Source: Acidimicrobiia bacterium (GTDB lineage: Bacteria > Actinomycetota > Acidimicrobiia > Spongiisociales > UBA5794). Taken from it: a DNA stretch of 60,447 nt. This document shows, piece after piece, positions 27,029 through 36,482 of this stretch. The notes under the pieces are model-generated. The model was not told the DNA's origin, did no database searches, and saw only the letters and a program-made list of their open reading frames with translations. The first letter of the stretch is position 1, and each line of letters opens with the position of its first letter. The translations under genes and the position numbers were made by a program. The DNA is taken from contig JASJAS010000042.1 in NCBI GenBank assembly GCA_030066875.1, positions 1 to 60,447 of the forward strand, in the 5' to 3' direction.

Positions 27029-28039
27029 CTATTTCTCTTGGCGGAGACGACGGGTCATCAGCTCCTGCACGACCTGTGTTGGACTCTTGTTCTCGTAGAG
27101 GGTGAGGTAGACCTGCTCGGCGATGGGCATTTCGATGCCGGTGCGCTTTGCCAGCTCGCGCACGGCTACGACAGTCTTGACCCCCTCGGCCACCTGGTCC
27201 ATGCCGTCCAGGATCTCGGCGAGCTTGCGGCCCTTGCCGATCTCTTGGCCGATCATCCGGTTGCGCGACAGGCCGCCCGTACAAGTGAGCACCAAATCGC
27301 CCATGCCCGACAGCCCTGCGAAAGTCAGCGGGTCGCCACCCAAAGCCACCCCGAGACGCGACATCTCCGCGAGCCCGCGGGTGATGACCGCGGTCGTGGT
27401 GTTGTGACCGAAGCGGAGCCCGTCGCAGATGCCGGCGGCAATCGCCATCACGTTCTTGAGGGCTCCGCCCAGTTCGACGCTGACGATGTCGTCCGACGTG
27501 TAGACACGAAACGTGTCTGTCGAAAACAGGCGTTGAACCTGCTGCGCGTGCTCGATCTCGCCGGCGGCAACTACCGCCGTCGGGTGACCGGCGGCCACCT
27601 CACGAGCAAACGAAGGTCCGGAAAGTGCAACGATCCCCTTTCCCGCAAGCGACGGTACCGAATCCCGCAGGATCTCGACTGGAAGCTGCAGCGTGTCGAT
27701 CTCGATTCCCTTTGAGACCGTGACGAGCAGTTCGACGTCGGCGGCGGCATCATCCATGCCTGTGTACAGAGACCTGATGTACTGGGTCGGAACGGCGTTG
27801 ACTACCACCGAGGATTGACGCAGCACCGCCGCTAGGTCGCCCTCAGCAGATAGCGATTCCGGTAGACGGATCCCGGACAGGAAGACGGCGTTTTCCTTCT
27901 CGGCGTTGATGCTCTCGACAACTGCTGATTCCCGAGCCCAGATCCTGGTTGGGATTCCGTTGTCCGCAAGCAGTTTCGCCAGGGCGGTACCCCAGGCACC
28001 GGCCCCGACAACGCCGACGTGGGGCTTCTCGTCGCTCAT
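27029..28039 (-). CDS. gpsA: NAD(P)H-dependent glycerol-3-phosphate dehydrogenase
   Basis: GAGAWGTALA, SKGIE, LSGPSFA.EV, GGALKNV and GDLVLTC...SRN. Confidence 0.95.
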   Translation of the reverse strand: MSDEKPHVGVVGAGAWGTALAKLLADNGIPTRIWARESAVVESINAEKENAVFLSGIRLPESLSAEGDLAAVLRQSSVVVNAVPTQYIRSLYTGMDDAAADVELLVTVSKGIEIDTLQLPVEILRDSVPSLAGKGIVALSGPSFAREVAAGHPTAVVAAGEIEHAQQVQRLFSTDTFRVYTSDDIVSVELGGALKNVMAIAAGICDGLRFGHNTTTAVITRGLAEMSRLGVALGGDPLTFAGLSGMGDLVLTCTGGLSRNRMIGQEIGKGRKLAEILDGMDQVAEGVKTVVAVRELAKRTGIEMPIAEQVYLTLYENKSPTQVVQELMTRRLRQEK

Positions 28040-28100
28040 GCGGATCTCCTGGCTGACGTCCTGGAGAATTCAACCACGCTCGCGTCGTCTGTGCGCCTAC

Positions 28101-29114
28101 CTAATCCGGGTAGCCGTTGGGGTTCTGGCTCTGCCACCGCCACGCGTCCGCAACCATCTCGTCGAGTGAGCGGCGCGCGGTCCAGCCGAGCACGTCACCC
28201 GCCTTGGTTGCATCGGCCCAGCTGGCCGGACCATCGCCCCGGCGACGACCCACGACCTCGGTCGGAATCGGAACGCCGGCAACCCGCTCGAAGGCTTCCA
28301 CGAGCTCCAGCACTGAGATTCCGTTGCCGGTGCCCAGGTTGATGACGTCGTGGCCCGGTTCCGTGGCGAGATGCTCTACCGCAGCGACGTGTCCTTCCGC
28401 GAGGTCCATGACGTGGATGTAGTCGCGTACACCGGTCCCATCCGGCGTGGGGTAGTCGTCTCCGAAGATCCTGAGGACGGGGAGCCGGCCAACGGCGACC
28501 TGCGCCACAAACGGCATGAGGTTCGCCGGGACGCCCTGCGGGTCCTCACCAATCAGGCCGGACGGGTGTGCTCCAACGGGGTTGAAATAGCGCAATGCGA
28601 TTGAGTTCCATCTTTCGTCGGATTGACGGAGATCCCGCAGGATCTCTTCGCACATCAGCTTGGTTCGCCCGTAGGGGTTGATGACCTCTGTGGGGGCATC
28701 TTCTCGGAAGGGGAGCTCATCCGACATGCCGTATACGGTCGCCGATGAGCTGTAGACGACGTTGCGGATGCCGCGACGGTCCATTGCCTGCAGCAGGGTT
28801 ACCGTCCCGCCGACGCCGTTGTTGAAGTAGTGCAGCGGTCGTGCGATCGACTCGCCTACAGCCTTGGGCGCGGCGAAATGGATCGCTGCGTCGAATGCGC
28901 GGTGCGCCAGTACGCTGTCGATTGCTTCCCGATCGGTGACATCCGCTTCGAAGAAGTCCATCGTGACCCCGGTGATCTCGCTGAGCCGGTCGAGCACCGT
29001 CGGTTTCGAATTGGCGAAGTTGTCGAGCAGGGTCACCTGATGCCCGGCGTCGATTAGGGCTACGGCAGTGTGGCTGCCGATGTACCCGGTGCCGCCGGTG
29101 AGTAGAACTCTCAT
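28101..29114 (-). CDS. galE: UDP-glucose 4-epimerase
   Basis: TGGTGYIGSH, SSSATVYG, PYGRTK, LRYFNP.GAH and RDYIHV.DLA. Confidence 0.95.
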   Translation of the reverse strand: MRVLLTGGTGYIGSHTAVALIDAGHQVTLLDNFANSKPTVLDRLSEITGVTMDFFEADVTDREAIDSVLAHRAFDAAIHFAAPKAVGESIARPLHYFNNGVGGTVTLLQAMDRRGIRNVVYSSSATVYGMSDELPFREDAPTEVINPYGRTKLMCEEILRDLRQSDERWNSIALRYFNPVGAHPSGLIGEDPQGVPANLMPFVAQVAVGRLPVLRIFGDDYPTPDGTGVRDYIHVMDLAEGHVAAVEHLATEPGHDVINLGTGNGISVLELVEAFERVAGVPIPTEVVGRRRGDGPASWADATKAGDVLGWTARRSLDEMVADAWRWQSQNPNGYPD

Positions 29115-29243
29115 AGCTGGCCCTCCGAACTGACGACTTGGAACCAGAGCCCAGTCCCAGTGTCGCGGCCGGCAATCCAGCTGCGACCGCACGGGCCGCA
29201 CGATAATAGCGACGATGAGGTGTGGTTCCGAGGCTACGACGCT

Positions 29244-30332
29244 ATGAAGAAGACCCCGACGAAGATGGCAGATGGCCGGGAACTGATCTATTACGACGAG
29301 GATGAGTCCGTCATCCGTGACAACACTGATCTCCGCAAACTTCCCGAGCTTCAGTTCACATCCGAGATCCGTCACGATCCCTTGTTGGACGAGTGGGTTG
29401 TCGTTGCCTCACACCGGCAAAGTCGGACGTTTCTTCCTCCGACTAACAGGTGCCCGCTGTGTGCAACCAGCGCCGAGAACCCCACCGAGATTCCGGCCAG
29501 CGACTACGACGTAGTCGTCTTCGAGAACCGGTTCCCCAGCTTGGCACTGAGCGCGCTCGACATCGATCCCGCTGTCCCCGTGGATGCCGGTCTCGTCGAC
29601 CGCAGACCAGCTCGCGGGCGCTCCGAAGTAGTGGTGTTCACCAGCGATCACGATCGGTCGTTCTCCCAGCTGTCGTTGGCGCGGGTGCGTACCGTGCTCG
29701 ACGTCTGGGCCGACCGCACGGCCGATCTCAGTGCCATGCCAGGGATCGAGCAGGTTTTCCCATTCGAGAACTGCGGCATCGAGATCGGAGTGACCCTGAG
29801 TCACCCTCACGGCCAGATCTACGCCTACCCGTTTGTCACTCCCAAGACCAACAGGATGTTGCGTAGCGCTCGCCACTACAGAGAGGAGAAAGGGCGCAAC
29901 CTCTTCGTCGATGTGCTCGCTGCCGAGCGTAGGCTGGGCGAGAGAGTGGTTGTAGCTAACGACAATTGGACGGCGTTTGTGCCGTCGGCAGCGCGCTGGC
30001 CCATCGACCTGCACATCTACCCGCACCGTCAGATGCCGGATCTCACAGGACTGACCAGCACGGAACGCGCCGATTTCGCCGAGCTCTACCTGACGGTGCT
30101 CGGCAAGCTCGATGCGCTCTACGGCAAGCGGCTGCCCTACATAGCAGGCTGGCACCAGGCCCCGGTGAGCAGGGACCGCGACCTCGCATATCTCCACATG
30201 GAGCTTTTTTCAGTGCAGCGAGCTGCCGACAAGCTGAAATACCTTGCCGGATCCGAGTCTGGGATGGCAGTCTGGATCAACGACGCAACCCCCGAGCGAA
30301 TTGCTGAGATGCTGCGAGAGGCAGGGATTTGA
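29244..30332 (+). CDS. galT: Galactose-1-phosphate uridylyltransferase
   Basis: CPLC, FENRFPSL, HPHGQ catalytic motif and KLKYLAGSE. Confidence 0.95.
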   Translation: MKKTPTKMADGRELIYYDEDESVIRDNTDLRKLPELQFTSEIRHDPLLDEWVVVASHRQSRTFLPPTNRCPLCATSAENPTEIPASDYDVVVFENRFPSLALSALDIDPAVPVDAGLVDRRPARGRSEVVVFTSDHDRSFSQLSLARVRTVLDVWADRTADLSAMPGIEQVFPFENCGIEIGVTLSHPHGQIYAYPFVTPKTNRMLRSARHYREEKGRNLFVDVLAAERRLGERVVVANDNWTAFVPSAARWPIDLHIYPHRQMPDLTGLTSTERADFAELYLTVLGKLDALYGKRLPYIAGWHQAPVSRDRDLAYLHMELFSVQRAADKLKYLAGSESGMAVWINDATPERIAEMLREAGI

Positions 30333-31462
30333 CAGGCGCCGCCCAATTGTTCCGGACGATCTTCGGGGGTCGGCCCGATGGCGTATGGGCTGCTCCCGGC
30401 CGGGTCAACCTCATCGGTGAACACACCGACTACAACGACGGCCTCGTCCTGCCGTTTGCCCTGGCGGAGCGTACCGAGGCAGCCATTAGACGCCGGGACG
30501 ATCGACTGGTTCGGATCTGCTCGTCGCAAAACCCGCAGCAAATCTTCGGCATACCAACGAGGGAGCTGGCTCCGGGCTGGCCGGCAGGCTGGGCGGCGTA
30601 CGTCGCCGGCGTTCCGTGGGCTCTCGAGACCGACGTCGGATTCGACGTGGCTATCGACAGCAAGGTTCCGGTAGGGGCGGGTCTCTCGTCCTCGGCCGCG
30701 CTCATTTGCGCCGTAGGGCTGGGTCTCAACGATCTTCTCGAACTGGGCTTGTCGCGCCGGGAGCTGGCGCAGCGCACCCGTCGCACCGAGAACGACTATG
30801 TGGGGGCGCCTACCGGAGGAATGGATCAGATCGCTTCTCTGCTTTGTACAGAAGGTCATGCAGTTCTCTACGACGTGCGTGCCAACTCCATCGAGCAAGT
30901 TCCGTTCGACCCGCCCGCGGCAGGCCTCGAGGTGCTCGTTGTCGACACCCGGGTACGGCACGGCCACGCCGACGGCGAGTACGCAGCGCGGCGGGAAGAC
31001 TGCGAACGCGCCGCGACAGCTCTCGGCGTGAGGTCATTGCGGGAGATTGGATTCGCGGATCTCGATTCCGCGCTAGGCAGGCTCGGCTCAAAACGGCTCG
31101 TCAAGCGGACTCGCCATGTCGTCACCGAAAACCAGCGAGTGATCGACGTTGCCGCGGCGCTGGCTGCAGACGATTGGAGTTCCGTCGGCGAGCTCCTGAC
31201 GGCCGCGCACGCGTCGATACGATACGACTTCGAGGCAAGCTGCACCGAACTCGACATTGCAGTCGAGATGCTGCTCGACTCCGGAGCTGCGGGGGCTCGG
31301 ATGACCGGTGGGGGATTTGGTGGCGCCGCCATCGGCCTGGTTCCTAGCGCCCTTGCCTACGAAGCCGAGCACACTGTCAGGGCTGTCTTCGCAGACAACG
31401 GCTTCACACCACCCAACATCTTCACCGTTGTTCCCTCTGCGGGAGCAACCCGGATCGCCTGA
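30329..31462 (+). CDS. galK: Galactokinase
   Basis: APGRVNLIGEHTDYN, GAGLSSSAA, GGMDQ and ARMTGGGFGG. Confidence 0.95.
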   Translation: MTGAAQLFRTIFGGRPDGVWAAPGRVNLIGEHTDYNDGLVLPFALAERTEAAIRRRDDRLVRICSSQNPQQIFGIPTRELAPGWPAGWAAYVAGVPWALETDVGFDVAIDSKVPVGAGLSSSAALICAVGLGLNDLLELGLSRRELAQRTRRTENDYVGAPTGGMDQIASLLCTEGHAVLYDVRANSIEQVPFDPPAAGLEVLVVDTRVRHGHADGEYAARREDCERAATALGVRSLREIGFADLDSALGRLGSKRLVKRTRHVVTENQRVIDVAAALAADDWSSVGELLTAAHASIRYDFEASCTELDIAVEMLLDSGAAGARMTGGGFGGAAIGLVPSALAYEAEHTVRAVFADNGFTPPNIFTVVPSAGATRIA

Positions 31463-31857
31463 TGATCGCTGAACCCGGATTCTCGAACGTGGTCCTGGTT
31501 GCAAGACTTCTGCTGGCTGCACCCTATCTGGTGAGCGCCATCGAGAAGAGCCTGCATTTCTCCGCCGCACTCGAGGAGTTTGCTAAGGCCCGGGTACCCG
31601 CGGTGCGATTCACGGCGATCGCCACGATCGTGCTTCATCTTGTCGCCTCGGTCTGCCTGATTGCGGGTTGGTTCTTCAGCGAGATGGCGGTCGCGCTCGC
31701 CCTCTTCACGCTGGTAGCGACTGTCAGGGTCCATGATTTCTGGAACATGGAGGGGTTGCAGCGTCTAGAACGGAGTCGCGTACTGCTCGCGAATCTCGGC
31801 CTGGTGGGCGGACTGATTCTGCTGGCGGCTGTCGGGCCGGGCTCGAAGGTTCTCTAG
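31462..31857 (+). CDS. DoxX family membrane protein
   Basis: Four TM segments; ARLLLA, HDFW, NLGLVGGLILLA..GPG. Confidence 0.8.
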   Translation: MIAEPGFSNVVLVARLLLAAPYLVSAIEKSLHFSAALEEFAKARVPAVRFTAIATIVLHLVASVCLIAGWFFSEMAVALALFTLVATVRVHDFWNMEGLQRLERSRVLLANLGLVGGLILLAAVGPGSKVL

Positions 31858-31961
31858 GCCCAGCGGAGGGTTACTGGTTCGCCGCATGTAGGCGGAGAAA
31901 ATCGACGGTGAGTTGAAGGCCAACGGCTGAGTGCGGCGATGTCCCGCCTACAGTCCTTCCC

Positions 31962-32942
31962 ATGAGCCAGACGCTGCGCCCGTTCACCACGAGTCCCGTG
32001 CTGTCACCGCGGCCGTGGGGAGGTCGGCGGCTCGTCGAATACGGCAAGGAGCTTCCGGATGACACCTCGATCGGCGAAAGCTGGGAGGTCGCCGATCTGC
32101 CCGACGATGTTGTTCCTTACCTCGATGATCCCCGATCGCGAGTCGCTTCGGGCCCGTTTGTCGGGCTGTCGCTTGGTGATCTCATCGCGTCGCAGCGCGC
32201 GGAACTCCTCGGGCCGGTGGAACCGACTGCAGAGGGCCGGTTCCCGCTCTTGGTGAAGCTGCTCGATGCCAGCGAGCACCTCTCGGTTCAAGTCCATCCG
32301 CATCAAGGCTACGTTGCCACACATTCCGAGGCCCGGCTCAAGACCGAATCCTGGTACGTCATCGAGGCCGATCCGGGCGCCGTGATGTTCTACGGGTTCT
32401 CGGACGGATGGGGCGAGCGGGAGGTGAAAGCGCGGATCGGCACACCCGACATCGTCCCCACACTGCGGACGTTCCAACCAGAGTCGGGAAGCTTCTACAA
32501 CGTTCCCGCCGGCCTCGTCCACTCCCTGGGCGCCGGCCTGCTGGTCGCTGAGATCCAAACACCTTCTGACACCACCTACCGGCTGTACGACTGGTCGATG
32601 GAATACGGGCGTGAGCCGCGGGAGATGCACCTCCAGCAAGGAGCTGCCAGCATCCTGCTCGACCCCGCCGACGCGACCAGCCTGCCGCCGGCGCAAGAAC
32701 GGGGAGTACGTGAGCTGATTTCGAATCCGCACTATTGGATCCGGGAGCACCGTACCCACGAGGCGATCCGTCTCGCCGATCGACCCGGGCCGCGAGTGAT
32801 GATGGTGATCCGCGGTTCTGTCGCGATCGATCAACTGGTTCTCGGACGGGGCGGTACGGCAATCGTCCCTGCCGGGGCCCTTGACAGCACCGTTGCGGCA
32901 ACAAGCCCCTCAACCGTCCTCGAGATCGGGATTGGGACCTAG
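31962..32942 (+). CDS. manA: Type I mannose-6-phosphate isomerase (cupin)
   Basis: WGG, GESWE, FPLLVKLLDA...LSVQVHP, KTESWY and EIQTPSDTTYRLYDW. Confidence 0.9.
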   Translation: MSQTLRPFTTSPVLSPRPWGGRRLVEYGKELPDDTSIGESWEVADLPDDVVPYLDDPRSRVASGPFVGLSLGDLIASQRAELLGPVEPTAEGRFPLLVKLLDASEHLSVQVHPHQGYVATHSEARLKTESWYVIEADPGAVMFYGFSDGWGEREVKARIGTPDIVPTLRTFQPESGSFYNVPAGLVHSLGAGLLVAEIQTPSDTTYRLYDWSMEYGREPREMHLQQGAASILLDPADATSLPPAQERGVRELISNPHYWIREHRTHEAIRLADRPGPRVMMVIRGSVAIDQLVLGRGGTAIVPAGALDSTVAATSPSTVLEIGIGT

Positions 32943-33823
32943 GCGTTTGCCGCCTCCATGGCCAACGCAATCGCACCAATGAGTCCGGCGTCCTGGCCAT
33001 GCGCAGGAGCTACCACGTACTCCTCCAGGGGGCCCCGCAGAGTTTCGCTGGTCACATAGCCGGCGAGCTGTTCCTCCAGCTTCATCCTGACGAGATCGAG
33101 TAACCCGCCGTGCTGCATAACACCACCGCCGAGCACCACCCGCTGCGGGGCCGCGACGTAGGTAAAGGTGCGCAGCGCTCGAGCCAGGTAAGTCGCTTCG
33201 AGCTCCCAGACCTCGGGACGATCAGACAGTTGCCCGGCGCTCATACCCCAGCGCTCCTCGATTGCCGGACCACTGGCCAGGCCCTCGAGGCACGCGCCGT
33301 GAAACGGGCACCGGCCCGGGTACTTGTCGCCGGCGACACGCTCCATTGCGATGTGCCCCATCTCGGGATGACCCGTGCCGTGGTGGACTGCGCCGTCGAT
33401 GAATAGGCCTGCCCCGATGCCGGTACCGACGGTGACATAGACGAAGTGGTCGAGGCCGCGGGCAGCGCCCCACCGCCATTCACCGAGTGCCGCCCCGCCG
33501 ACGTCGATGTCGATTGCTCCCGGGATGCCGAGCGCATCCCGCACCCAGGCCAGTACCGGGGTTCCTTCCCACAGGCGCTTCGGAGTCGACGTGATGGACC
33601 CGTAGGACGGGGAGGCCGGATCGAGATCGAGCGGTCCGAAGCAAGCGATCCCAACCGACCTGATGTCTTCCCAGGTGCGCAGGAACTCGATTGTCGCCGT
33701 CAGGGTCTCGTGCGGCGTTCTCGTCGGGATCGTCGTGTCGGCGATCACGTCGCGGCCCCGCGCTATGGCGACACGGAACTTTGTCCCTCCAGCTTCTATT
33801 GCGCCAAAGAGACCCTCACTCAT
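32939..33823 (-). CDS. ROK family sugar kinase (fructokinase-like)
   Basis: IEAGGTKF, FGPLD, TVGTGIG, HPEMGH and CPFHG.CLEGLASG. Confidence 0.9.
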   Translation of the reverse strand: MSEGLFGAIEAGGTKFRVAIARGRDVIADTTIPTRTPHETLTATIEFLRTWEDIRSVGIACFGPLDLDPASPSYGSITSTPKRLWEGTPVLAWVRDALGIPGAIDIDVGGAALGEWRWGAARGLDHFVYVTVGTGIGAGLFIDGAVHHGTGHPEMGHIAMERVAGDKYPGRCPFHGACLEGLASGPAIEERWGMSAGQLSDRPEVWELEATYLARALRTFTYVAAPQRVVLGGGVMQHGGLLDLVRMKLEEQLAGYVTSETLRGPLEEYVVAPAHGQDAGLIGAIALAMEAANA

Positions 33824-33841
33824 AGCGGCAACGTTACCGCG

Positions 33842-36376
33842 CTAGTACTCACCGCTCAGGAACTGGTTGACGGTCTCTCGCGAAAACACCGTTTCGCACG
33901 GGATGCCGTTGCGATCGGCGTCCATCCGGTCGGGGGCACCTTCGAGCAGCCAGTAGGCAACTGCCCGCAGGTAGCCGCTCCAGTCGTCGGGGAGCCCGAG
34001 GTCAGCACACAAGAGCCCTTCGGGAGTGCCGATAGCTGCATTGAGGAACGACTCGTAGGTATCCGGGTACACCGTCTCGCACGGGATGCCGTTGCCGTCG
34101 GCGTCCATCCGGTCGGGAGCCCCCTCGGCCATCCAGTAGGAGACCGCATCAAAGAACCCGTAACCCATGTCACGCAGATCACGGCAGAACAGCCCTGCTT
34201 CGAGCCCAGTCCGGTTCCGAGGTGGCGGTGGCTCGCCTGCCAGGAAGACCTGCTGCCAGTCAGGCCGTGGCGGGTTGGTGCCGGCATCGAGTTGAGCCCG
34301 CCACTCCTCGTCCGTCAGGCGCTGTCCACTGTTCCAGAACTCGTAGTAGGAATACACCCCTCCGGAGGCGACCTGGAAGTCGCCCTCGTCGTCGGGAACC
34401 AGCACGAAGATGTTGTCCACGTACCCCGTGCCCAGTTCGAGGACGGCATCGGCATTGCTCATGACATCGGCGATCAATGCGGCGTGCGAGTCGGGGCCGT
34501 TCTCCCAGTCGATGTCGGCGTCCGACGTCCGCAACCAGTATCCCTCGAGGGCGCCGCCGATGAACCGCAGTCGGTCGTTGTCCTCATTGCTGATGGGCAA
34601 CCCGGCGAGCTCGTCTCGGGCTATGCCGCCCAACCAGGTGTAGAACTCCTCGAGGTCAACCAGCAAGGTGGAGTAGTCGGCGGGCAACAGTCCCCGGCTC
34701 TCCATCCCGGTGCGCATCAGGTTCGATAGCGCCGCTAAGCGCTCGAAGGCCACCGGCTCGGGTTCCACCCAGTGTCGCGGCGGATCGGGTGGTTCCTCAT
34801 AGCCCGCTTCGGCGACGGCCTGCTTGGTGTAGAGGATGGTGTCGTGCTTCAGCTCGGCATACGACCCGAAGCCCGTTTGATGCGACTTCGCGTCCCAGGC
34901 TTCGGTTCGCATGAAATCGGGGTATTCCGATCCCCGAGCTTGCCACGTGGGTTGGATCGCCCACAGCCAGGCGTCATAGACCGTTGCGCCCCAGTCGGCA
35001 TCGCTGCGGCTGCCGATCAGATCCTGCATTGCTGCCATCTGCTCTTCATACCCCGCGAGCGCCGTTTCCCCGGCGGCTTCCTGGTACGCATAGGCCCACT
35101 CGGACCCGAACGCCGCCGCCAGGTCGAACGCCGACGCCTCGCTTCGTTCGGGAACCGACGGCGCGACCAACTGGTCGAAAATGTACGAGTCGACAACCAG
35201 CCGGGCTCCCATGATCCGCACTGATGATGCCTCGGGGTTGATGCCGACAGATCGCATGGCGAGCAGACCTTGTCCCACAGCGTCGACGGTGGCCGGGTCG
35301 GCGAACATGGACATGTCCGACCAGCCGGACGGGACGACCTGCTCGACGATGGCGCCGACCTCTAGCGGGGTGTAGTCGTCCGCAGCGCCGACCAGCCAGG
35401 CAGTCGGTTCGTAGATCAGGCGCCACTGCTCGACCAGTTCGGGGTCGGTCAGCAGCACGCGGCTGGCGAGGATGCCGAGCAACAATCCCTGGTTCACCAG
35501 GAAGGCGTTGTTACCCAACTGTGACATGCCGCGGAAGAAGCGCTCCAGCTCCGGGCTTCGGTTGTAGTGACCCCGGGGGCGGAACAGCGAGTAGTCGATC
35601 AGGGTGGTGATGAACCCGGAATCAGCGTCGCCCCCGGTGGTCGGTGACAGCGTCCTCTCATCCGCAGCCATGATGAGGTCGACTTCGGCCTGCGCCAGCG
35701 GTCCGATCGGCCCGACATCGAGTTCGAGCACGGTCGCCGCAGCCTCGTAGAACTGGGTAACCCGGTTGGCAGCCTCGGCGAGATCGGTCCCGGCGAGCTC
35801 GGCCTCTTGAATGCGGGCCAACTCAACGAGTCGCAGCACCATGTCTTCGAGCACGGGCAGCAAGGTCTGCTGTTCGGTCTCCCGCAGGATCTTGTCGAAT
35901 GCCAGGTGCCACACGTGATAGGCAGTGTCGGTCGTGAGAAACACCGGGTACGCCTCGTACGCGGCGCTCTCGTAGATGTGGTGGAAGTGGCGAGTAGTGC
36001 CGGGCACAACCACGAAGCCGTTGGCCAGCAGTTGGCTCTTGGCATCGTTGGCGTCGAGATAGTCGTCGATCCACTCGGCGACACGCACTCCGGCGAGACT
36101 GGATGCGGTGGCTGGGCCGGCATAGGCGGGGGCTCCGCTCGTCAGGGGGATCGAGGCCAGCTGGCCGAACGATGTTCGCGTACCGCTTGGCACGTCGATC
36201 GGCGGCAGCGTCGTCGGCGTTGTCGGGCGGGTAGTGGCGGTTGCTGGCCGCGTGGTTGTCGTCGGGGACTGGGTTGCGCTAGTCGGCGCCACGCTTGTTC
36301 CGGCGGGTTCATCATCGGACGTACAGGCGGTTGCCAGCAGTGCGAATGCAAGAAGGAAGACGGACCACCGTTTCAC
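33842..36376 (-). CDS. DUF3160 domain lipoprotein with two C-terminal Excalibur-like repeats
   Basis: Lipobox LATAC, Thr/Pro linker, DYSLFRPRGHY, YAELKHDTILYTKQ, WVEPEP and GGVYSYYEF. Confidence 0.8.
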   Translation of the reverse strand: MKRWSVFLLAFALLATACTSDDEPAGTSVAPTSATQSPTTTTRPATATTRPTTPTTLPPIDVPSGTRTSFGQLASIPLTSGAPAYAGPATASSLAGVRVAEWIDDYLDANDAKSQLLANGFVVVPGTTRHFHHIYESAAYEAYPVFLTTDTAYHVWHLAFDKILRETEQQTLLPVLEDMVLRLVELARIQEAELAGTDLAEAANRVTQFYEAAATVLELDVGPIGPLAQAEVDLIMAADERTLSPTTGGDADSGFITTLIDYSLFRPRGHYNRSPELERFFRGMSQLGNNAFLVNQGLLLGILASRVLLTDPELVEQWRLIYEPTAWLVGAADDYTPLEVGAIVEQVVPSGWSDMSMFADPATVDAVGQGLLAMRSVGINPEASSVRIMGARLVVDSYIFDQLVAPSVPERSEASAFDLAAAFGSEWAYAYQEAAGETALAGYEEQMAAMQDLIGSRSDADWGATVYDAWLWAIQPTWQARGSEYPDFMRTEAWDAKSHQTGFGSYAELKHDTILYTKQAVAEAGYEEPPDPPRHWVEPEPVAFERLAALSNLMRTGMESRGLLPADYSTLLVDLEEFYTWLGGIARDELAGLPISNEDNDRLRFIGGALEGYWLRTSDADIDWENGPDSHAALIADVMSNADAVLELGTGYVDNIFVLVPDDEGDFQVASGGVYSYYEFWNSGQRLTDEEWRAQLDAGTNPPRPDWQQVFLAGEPPPPRNRTGLEAGLFCRDLRDMGYGFFDAVSYWMAEGAPDRMDADGNGIPCETVYPDTYESFLNAAIGTPEGLLCADLGLPDDWSGYLRAVAYWLLEGAPDRMDADRNGIPCETVFSRETVNQFLSGEY
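33870..34205 (-). repeat. Tandem ~55-aa repeat (GLxCxDL...YWxxEGAPDRMDADxNGIPCETV) in the DUF3160 gene
   Basis: Two copies visible in both protein and DNA (CGCACGGGATGCCGTTG..TCGGCGTCCATCCGGTCGGG near 33895 and 34078). Confidence 0.85.
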
Positions 36377-36482
36377 CACGACCTCCGCTGTTGCGTACTC
36401 CTCAAGGCTAGGCCAACTCTGCGTTTTGGCGTCTCTCAACGGAACATATTCCGGCTTGTGACGCCAAAACCGAATGGGCGGG

